A stretch of 64,000 bases of DNA from the NCBI GenBank assembly GCA_964016885.1, contig OZ024744.1, positions 30,938,001-31,002,000 on the forward strand, in the 5' to 3' direction. The translations under genes were made by a program, and so were the position numbers. Below, piece after piece: positions 55,030 through 64,000 of the stretch (position 1 is the stretch's first letter; each line of letters begins with the position of its first letter). Under the pieces are notes generated by a model that had not been told where the DNA came from, ran no database searches, and saw nothing but the letters and a program-made list of their open reading frames with translations. The stretch comes from Eledone cirrhosa. Its lineage: Eukaryota.

Positions 55030-58000
55030 TCTCATATACACCAGGTCCAAACACAGAGGAACCATCCTCCCACTGTCACTGCCTCCGTCTCTCACCCATT
55101 CTCCCTATCTCTCATATACACCAGGTCCAAACACAGAGGAACCAACCTCCCACTGTCACTGCCTCCGTCTCTCCCACTCTCCCTATATATCATATACACC
55201 TGATCTAAACACAGAGGAACCAACCTCCCACTGTCACTGCCTCCGTCTCTGCCACTCTCCCTATCTCTCATATACAACAGGTCCAAACACAGAGCAGCCA
55301 ACCTCCCACTGTCACTGCCTCCATCTCTCCCACTCTCTCCCTATCTCTCATATACACCAGATCCAAACACAGAGGAACCAACCTCCCACTGTCACTGACC
55401 ACATCTCTCCCACTCTCTCCCTATCTCTCATATACACCAGGTCCAAACACAGAGGAACCAACCTCCCACTGTCACTGCCTCCGTCTCTCTCACTCTCCCT
55501 CTCTCTCATATACACCAGGTCCAAACACAGAGGAACCAACCTCCCACTGTCACTGACCACATCTCTCCCACTCTCTCCCTCTCTCTCATATATACCAGGT
55601 CCAAACACAGAGGAACCAACCTCCCACTGTCACTGACCACATCTCTCCCACTCTCTCCCTCTCTCTCATATACACCAGGTCCAAACACAGAGGAACCAAC
55701 CTCCCACTGTCACTGACCACATCTCTCCCACTCTCTCCCTCTCTCTCATATATACCAGGTCCAAACACAGAGGAACCAACCTCCCACTGTCACTGACTAC
55801 ATCTCTCCCACTCTCTCCCTATCTCTCATATACACCAGGTCCCAACACAGAGGAACCAACCTCCCACTGTCACTGCCTCCATCTCTCTCTCACTCTCCCT
55901 ATCTCTCATATAGACCAGGTCCAAACACAGAGGAACCAACCTCCCACTGTCACTGCCTCCGTCTCTCCCACTCTCTCCCTATCTCTCATATACACCAGGT
56001 CCCAACACAGAGGAACCAACCTCCCACTGTCACTGCCTCCATCTCTCTATCACTCTCCCTATCTCTCATTTACAACAGGTCCAAACACAGAGGAACCAAC
56101 CTCCCACTGTCACTGCCTCCGTCTCTCCCACTCTCTCCCACTCTCTCATATACACCAGGTCTAAACACAGAGGAACCAACCTCCCACTGTCACTGCCTCC
56201 GTCTCTCTCACTCTCTCCCACTCTCTCATATAGACCAGGTACAAACACAGAGGAACCAACCTCCCGCTGTCACTGCCTCCATCTCTCTCTCACTCTCCCT
56301 ATCTCTCATATACACCAGGTCCCAACACAGAGGAACCAACCTCCCACTGTCACTGTCTCCGTCTCTCCCACTCTCTCCCACTCTCTCATATACACCAGGT
56401 CTAAACACAGAGGAACCTACCTCCCACTGTCACTGCCTCCGTCTCTCTCACTCTCTCCCACTCTCTCATATAGACCAGGTACAAACACAGAGGAACCAAC
56501 CTCCCACTGTCAGTGCCTCCATCTCTCTCTCACTCTCCCTATCTCTCATATACACCAGGTCCAAACACAGAGGAACCAACCTCCCACTGTCACTGACCAC
56601 ATCTCTCCCACTCTCTCCCTATCTCTCATATACACCAGGTCCAAACACAGAGCAACCAACCTCCCACTGTCACTGCCTCCATCTCTCTCACTCTCTCACT
56701 ACCTCTCATATACACCAGGTCCAAACACAGAGGAACCAACCTCCCATTGTCACTGCCCCCGTCTCTCCCACTCTCTCCCACTCTCTCATATACACCATGT
56801 CCAAACACAGAGGAACCAACCTCCCACTGTCACTGCCTCCGTCTCTCCCACTCTCTCCCTCTCTCTCATATACACCAGGTCTAAACACAGAGGAACCAAC
56901 CTCCCACTGTCACTGCCTCCATCTCTCTCTCACTCTCCCTATCTCTCATATACACCAGGTCTAGACACAGAGGAATCAACCTCCCACTGTCACTGCCTCC
57001 GTCTCTCTCACTCTCTCCCTACCTCTCATATACACCAGGTCCAAACACAGAGCAGCCAACCTCCCATTGTCACTGCCTCCATCTCTCCCACTCTCTCCCT
57101 ATCTCTCATATACACCAGGTCTAAACACAGAGGAACCAACCTCCCACTGTCACTGCCTCCATCTCTCCCACTCTCCCTATCTCTCATATACACCAGGTCC
57201 AAACACAGAGCAGCCAACCTCCCACTGTCACTGCCTCCATCTCTCCCACTCTCTCCCTATCTCTCATATACACCAGATCCAAACTCAGAGGAACCAACCT
57301 CCCACTGTCACTGACCACATCTCTCCCACTCTCTCCCTATCTCTCATATACACCAGGTCCAAACACAGAGGAACCAACCTCCCACTGTCACTGCCTCCAT
57401 CTCTCCTACTCTCTCATTATCTCTCATATACACCAGGTCCAAACACAGAGGAAACAACCTCCCACTGTCACTGCCTCCGTCTCTCTCACTCTCCCTCTCT
57501 CTCATATACACCAGGTCCAAACACAGAGGAACCAACCTCCCACTGTCACTGACCACATCTCTCCCACTCTCTCCCTCTCTCTCATATATACCAGGTCCAA
57601 ACACAGAGGAACCAACCTCCCACTGTCACTGACCACATCTCTCCCACTCTCTCCCTCTCTCTCATATACACCAGGTCCAAACACAGAGGAACCAACCTCC
57701 CACTGTCACTGACCACATCACTCCCACTCTCTCCCTCTCTCTCATATATACCAGGTCCAAACACAGAGGAACCAACCTCCCACTGTCACTGACCACATCT
57801 CTCCCACTCTCTCCCTATCTCTCATATACACCAGGTCCCAACACAGAGGAACCAACCTCCCACTGTCACTGCCTCCATCTCTCTCTCACTCTCCCTATCT
57901 CTCATATACACCAGGTCCAAACACAGAGGAACCAACCTCCCACTGTCACTGCCTCCGTCTCTCACCCATTCTCCCTATCTCTCATATACACCAGGTCCAA

Positions 58001-61000
58001 ACACAGAGGAACCAACCTCCCACTGTCACTGCCTCCGTCTCTCCCACTCTCCCTATATCTCATATACACCTGATCTAAACACAGAGGAACCAACCTCCCA
58101 CTGTCACTGCCTCCGTCTCTCCCACTCTCCCTATCTCTCATATACACCAGGTCCAAACACAGAGCAGCCAACCTCCCACTGTCACTGCCTCCATCTCTCC
58201 CACTCTCTCCCTATCTCTCATATACACCAGATCCAAACACAGAGGAACCAACCTCCCACTGTCACTGACCACATCTCTCCCACTCTCTCCCTATCTCTCA
58301 TATACACCAGGTCCAAACACAGAGGAACCAACCTCCCACTGTCACTGCCTCCATCTCTCCCACTCTCTCATTATCTCTCATATACACCAGGTCCAAACAC
58401 AGAGGAACCAACCTCCCACTGTCACTGCCTCCGTCTCTCTCACTCTCCCTCTCTCTCATATACACCAGGTCCAAACACAGAGGAACCAACCTCCCACTGT
58501 CACTGACCACATCTCTCCCACTCTCTCCCTCTCTCTCATATATACCAGGTCCAAACACAGAGGAACCAACCTCCCACTGTCACTGACCACATCTCTCCCA
58601 CTCTCTCCCTCTCTCTCATATACACCAGGTCCAAACACAGAGGAACCAACCTCCCACTGTCACTGACCACATCTCTCCCACTCTCTCCCTATCTCTCATA
58701 TACACCAGGTCCAAACACAGAGGAACCAACCTCCCACTGTCACTGCCTCCGTCTCTCCCACTCTCTCCCTATCTCTCATATACACCAGGTCCCAACAAAG
58801 AGGAACCAACCTCCCACTGTCACTGCCTCCATCTCTCTATCACTCTCCCTATCTCTCATATACAACAGGTCCAAACACAGAGGAACCAACCTCCCACTGT
58901 CACTGCCTCCGTCTCTCCCACTCTCTCCCACTCTCTCATATACACCAGGTCTAAACACAGAGGAACCAACCTCCCACTGTCACTGCCTCCGTCTCTCTCA
59001 CTCTCTCCCACTCTCTCATATAGACCAGGTACAAACACAGAGGAACCAACCTCCCGCTGTCACTGCCTCCATCTCTCTCTCACTCTCCCTATCTCTCATA
59101 TACACCAGGTCCCAACACAGAGGAACCAACCTCCCACTGTCACTGTCTCCGTCTCTCCCACTCTCTCCCACTCTCTCATATACACCAGGTCTAAACACAG
59201 AGGAACCAACCTCCCACTGTCACTGCCTCCGTCTCTCTCACTCTCTCCCACTCTCTCATATAGACCAGGTACAAACACAGAGGAACCAACCTCCCACTGT
59301 CAGTGCCTCCATCTCTCTCTCACTCTCCCTATCTCTCATATACACCAGGTCCAAACACAGAGGAACCAACCTCCCACTGTCACTGACCACATCTCTCCCA
59401 CTCTCTCCCTATCTCTCATATACACCAGGTCCAAACACAGAGCAACCAACCTCCCACTGTCACTGCCTCCATCTCTCTCACTCTCTCACTACCTCTCATA
59501 TACACCAGGTCCAAACACAGAGGAACCAACCTCCCACTGTCACTGCCTCCGTCTCTCTCACTCTCTCCCACTCTCTCATATAGACCAGGTACAAACACAG
59601 AGGAACCAACCTCCCATTGTCACTGCCCCCGTCTCTCCCACTCTCTCCCACTCTCTCATATACACCATGTCCAAACACAGAGGAACCAACCTCCCACTGT
59701 CACTGCCTCCGTCTCTCCCACTCTCTCCCTCTCTCTCATATACACCAGGTCTAAACACAGAGGAACCAACCTCCCACTGTCACTGCCTCCATCTCTCTCT
59801 CACTCTCCCTATCTCTCATATACACCAGGTCTAGACACAGAGGAATCAACCTCCCACTGTCACTGCCTCCGTCTCTCTCACTCTCTCCCTACCTCTCATA
59901 TACACCAGGTCCAAACACAGAGCAGCCAACCTCCCATTGTCACTGCCTCCATCTCTCCCACTCTCTCCCTATCTCTCATATACACCAGGTCTAAACACAG
60001 AGGAACCAACCTCCCACTGTCACTGCCTCCATCTCTCCCACTCTCCCTATCTCTCATATACACCAGGTCCAAACACAGAGCAGCCAACCTCCCACTGTCA
60101 CTGCCTCCATCTCTCCCACTCTCTCCCTATCTCTCATATACACCAGATCCAAACTCAGAGGAACCAACCTCCCACTGTCACTGACCACATCTCTCCCACT
60201 CTCTCCCTATCTCTCATATACACCAGGTCCAAACACAGAGGAACCAACCTCCCACTGTCACTGCCTCCATCTCTCCTACTCTCTCATTATCTCTCATATA
60301 CACCAGGTCCAAACACAGAGGAAACAACCTCCCACTGTCACTGCCTCCGTCTCTCTCACTCTCCCTCTCTCTCATATACACCAGGTCCAAACACAGAGGA
60401 ACCAACCTCCCACTGTCACTGACCACATCTCTCCCACTCTCTCCCTCTCTCTCATATATACCAGGTCCAAACACAGAGGAACCAACCTCCCACTGTCACT
60501 GACCACATCTCTCCCACTCTCTCCCTCTCTCTCATATACACCAGGTCCAAACACAGAGGAACCAACCTCCCACTGTCACTGACCACATCACTCCTACTCT
60601 CTCCCTCTCTCTCATATATACCAGGTCCAAACACAGAGGAACCAACCTCCCACTGTCACTGACCACATCTCTCCCACTCTCTCCCTATCTCTCATATACA
60701 CCAGGTCCCAACACAGAGGAACCAACCTCCCACTGTCACTGCCTCCATCTCTCTCTCACTCTCCCTATCTCTCATATACACCAGGTCCAAACACAGAGGA
60801 ACCAACCTCCCACTGTCACTGCCTCCGTCTCTCACCCATTCTCCCTATCTCTCATATACACCAGGTCCAAACACAGAGGAACCAACCTCCCACTGTCACT
60901 GCCTCCGTCTCTCCCACTCTCCCTATATCTCATATACACCTGATCTAAACACAGAGGAACCAACCTCCCACTGTCACTGCCTCCGTCTCTCCCACTCTCC

Positions 61001-64000
61001 CTATCTCTCATATACACCAGGTCCAAACACAGAGCAGCCAACCTCCCACTGTCACTGCCTCCATCTCTCCCACTCTCTCCCTATCTCTCATATACACCAG
61101 ATCCAAACACAGAGGAACCAACCTCCCACTGTCACTGACCACATCTCTCCCACTCTCTCCCTATCTCTCATATACACCAGGTCCAAACACAGAGGAACCA
61201 ACCTCCCACTGTCACTGCCTCCATCTCTCCCACTCTCTCATTATCTCTCATATACACCAGGTCCAAACACAGAGGAACCAACCTCCCACTGTCACTGCCT
61301 CCGTCTCTCTCACTCTCCCTCTCTCTCATATACACCAGGTCCAAACACAGAGGAACCAACCTCCCACTGTCACTGACCACATCTCTCCCACTCTCTCCCT
61401 CTCTCTCATATATACCAGGTCCAAACACAGAGGAACCAACCTCCCACTGTCACTGACCACATCTCTCCCACTCTCTCCCTCTCTCTCATATACACCAGGT
61501 CCAAACACAGAGGAACCAACCTCCCACTGTCACTGACCACATCTCTCCCACTCTCTCCCTATCTCTCATATACACCACGTCCAAACACAGAGGAACCAAC
61601 CTCCCACTGTCACTGCCTCCGTCTCTCCCACTCTCTCCCTATCTCTCATATACACCAGGTCCCAACACAGAGGAACCAACCTCCCACTGTCACTGCCTCC
61701 ATCTCTCTATCACTCTCCCTATCTCTCATATACAACAGGTCCAAACACAGAGGAACCAACCTCCCACTGTCACTGCCTCCGTCTCTCCCACTCTCTCCCA
61801 CTCTCTCATATACACCAGGTCTAAACACAGAGGAACCAACCTCCCACTGTCACTGCCTCCGTCTCTCTCACTCTCTCCCACTCTCTCATATAGACCAGGT
61901 ACAAACACAGAGGAACCAACCTCCCGCTGTCACTGCCTCCATGTCTCTCTCACTCTCCCTATCTCTCATATACACCAGGTCCCAACACAGAGGAACCAAC
62001 CTCCCACTGTCACTGTCTCCGTCTCTCCCACTCTCTCCCACTCTCTCATATACACCAGGTCTAAACACAGAGGAACCAACCTCCCACTGTCACTGCCTCC
62101 GTCTCTCTCACTCTCTCCCACTCTCTCATATACACCAGGTCCAAACACAGAGGAACCAACCTCCCACTGTCACTGACCACATCTCTCCCACTCTCTCCCT
62201 ATCTCTCATATACACCAGGTCCAAACACAGAGCAACCAACCTCCCACTGTCACTGCCTCCATCTCTCTCACTCTCTCACTACCTCTCATATACACCAGGT
62301 CCAAACACAGAGGAACCAACCTCCCACTGTCACTGCCTCCGTCTCTCTCACTCTCTCCCACTCTCTCATATAGACCAGGTACAAACACAGAGGAACCAAC
62401 CTCCCATTGTCACTGCCTCCGTCTCTCCCACTCTCTCCCACTCTCTCATATACACCATGTCCAAACACAGAGGAACCAACCTCCCACTGTCACTGCCTCC
62501 GTCTCTCCCACTCTCTCCCTCTCTCTCATATACACCAGGTCTAAACACAGAGGAACCAACCTCCCACTGTCACTGCCACCATCTCTCTCTCACTCTCCCT
62601 ATCTCTCATATACACCAGGTCTAGACACAGAGGAATCAACCTCCCACTGTCACTGCCTCCGTCTCTCTCACTCTCTCCCTACCTCTCATATACACCAGGT
62701 CCAAACACAGAGCAGCCAACCTCCCATTGTCACTGCCTCCATCTCTCCCACTCTCTCCCTATCTCTCATATACACCAGGTCTAAACACAGAGGAACCAAC
62801 CTCCCACTGTCACTGCCTCCATCTCTCCCACTCTCCCTATCTCTCATATACACCAGGTCCAAACACAGAGCAGCCAACCTCCCACTGTCACTGCCTCCAT
62901 CTCTCCCACTCTCTCCCTATCTCTCATATACACCAGATCCAAACTCAGAGGAACCAACCTCCCACTGTCACTGACCACATCTCTCCCACTCTCTCCCTAT
63001 CTCTCATATACACCAGGTCCAAACACAGAGGAACCAACCTCCCACTGTCACTGCCTCCATCTCTCCTACTCTCTCATTATCTCTCATATACACCAGGTCC
63101 AAACACAGAGGAAACAACCTCCCACTGTCACTGCCTCCGTCTCTCTCACTCTCCCTCTCTCTCATATACACCAGGTCCAAACACAGAGGAACCAACCTCC
63201 CACTGTCACTGACCACATCTCTCCCACTCTCTCCCTCTCTCTCATATATACCAGGTCCAAACACAGAGGAACCAACCTCCCACTGTCACTGACCACATCT
63301 CTCCCACTCTCTCCCTCTCTCTCATATACACCAGGTCCAAACACAGAGGAACCAACCTCCCACTGTCACTGACCACATCACTCCCACTCTCTCCCTCTCT
63401 CTCATATATACCAGGTCCAAACACAGAGGAACCAACCTCCCACTGTCACTGACCACATCTCTCCCACTCTCTCCCTATCTCTCATATACACCAGGTCCCA
63501 ACACAGAGGAACCAACCTCCCACTGTCACTGCCTCCATCTCTCTCTCACTCTCCCTATCTCTCATATACACCAGGTCCAAACACAGAGGAACCAACCTCC
63601 CACTGTCACTGCCTCCGTCTCTCCCACTCTCTCCCTATCTCTCATATACACCAGGTCCCAACACAGAGGAACCAACCTCCCACTGTCACTGCCTCCGTCT
63701 CTCCCACTCTCTCCCTATCTCTCATATACAACAGGTCCAAACACAGAGGAACCAACCTCCCACTGTCACTGCCTCTGTCTCACCCACTCTCTCCCACTCT
63801 CTCATATACACCAGGTCTAAACACAGAGGAACCAACCTCCCACTGTCACTGCCTCCGTCTCTCTCACTCTCTCCCACTCTCTCATATAGACCAGGTACAA
63901 ACACAGAGGAACCAACCTCCCGCTGTCACTGCCTCCATCTCTCTCTCACTCTCCCTATCTCTCATATACACCAGGTCCCAACACAGAGGAACCAACCTCC
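55030..64000. repeat. Satellite sub-domain D: ~36-monomer higher-order repeat, three copies (2870, 2870, 2790 bp) plus a rearranged partial copy
   Basis: Marker TGATCTAAAC at 55201, 58071, 60941 (period 2870). Marker CTAGACACAGAGGAATC at 56961, 59831, 62621 (2870, 2790). Domain-specific variants GAGCAGCCAAC, TAGACCAGGTAC, GGTCCCAAC. Confidence 0.9.

Larger units (their letters stand above)
33400..55030. repeat. Satellite sub-domain C (most diverged monomers)
   Basis: Abrupt rise in variants from ~33.5 kb: frequent CATGTACAC, ACCATGTCC, CTAAAGACAG, GAACCCACC, CAGGCCCAAA, CATTTTCACC, plus 1-bp indels (CCCTATCCTCAT, GTCAAAAACAC, CAACTCCCGC). Confidence 0.75.
1..64000. repeat. Tandem satellite DNA array, ~80-bp monomer, ~800 head-to-tail copies, extends beyond both window ends
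   Basis: The motif ...TCATATACACCAGGTC(C/T)AAACACAGAGGAACCAACCTCCCACTGTCACTGCCTCC(G/A)TCTCTCCCACTCTCTCCCTATCTC... recurs every 80 bp (e.g. CCAACCTCCC at 1, 81, 161, 241) from base 1 to 64000. Common length variants are 78 and 82 bp (CT-tract slippage). No inversion or non-repeat insert seen. Confidence 0.99.

Noticed and set aside
611-63904. All ORFs in the six-frame track as protein-coding genes
   Set aside because: They are overlapping translations of the 80-mer in several frames on both strands. Many use alternative starts, they end at sporadic variant stops, and frameshifting 78/82-bp units are freely tolerated.
1-64000. CRISPR array (conserved ~45-bp part alternating with a more variable CT-rich part)
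   Set aside because: The variable part is the same sequence with minor changes rather than unique spacers. There is no palindromic repeat, leader or cas gene.
1-64000. tRNA, 5S or snRNA tandem gene array or SINE-derived repeat (tRNA-like unit length)
   Set aside because: Only 8 G per monomer, so little self-complementarity and no cloverleaf. No convincing pol III A/B boxes or T-run terminator.
1-64000. Embedded transposon, inversion or unique island
   Set aside because: Reading through the window showed no break in monomer phase other than small indels and no switch of strand.

Overview
The whole 64 kb window is one uninterrupted, head-to-tail satellite DNA array of an ~80-bp monomer (about 800 copies, all in the same orientation, running off both window ends). 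The consensus read by eye is CCAACCTCCCACTGTCACTGCCTCCGTCTCTCCCACTCTCTCCCTATCTCTCATATACACCAGGTCCAAACACAGAGGAA (C35 A19 T18 G8; ~54% GC; strongly C-rich + strand). I see no unique sequence, credible gene, RNA gene, transposon or CRISPR array. All listed ORFs are translations of the repeat. The real structure lies in the monomer variants: four sequence sub-domains (about 1-20.1 kb, 20.1-33.4 kb, 33.4-55.0 kb and 55.0-64 kb) and nested multi-monomer tandem duplications or incipient higher-order repeats (periods of about 2.8, 4.6-4.8, 5.3-5.6, 1.7, 7.0 and 2.87 kb). The single consensus CpG decays to both CpA and TpG, which suggests a CpG-methylating eukaryotic host. I cannot name the satellite family or the organism, and I find no evidence for a new gene-encoded system. 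Block boundaries were estimated by eye from diagnostic variants and ORF-track offsets (about +/- one monomer).
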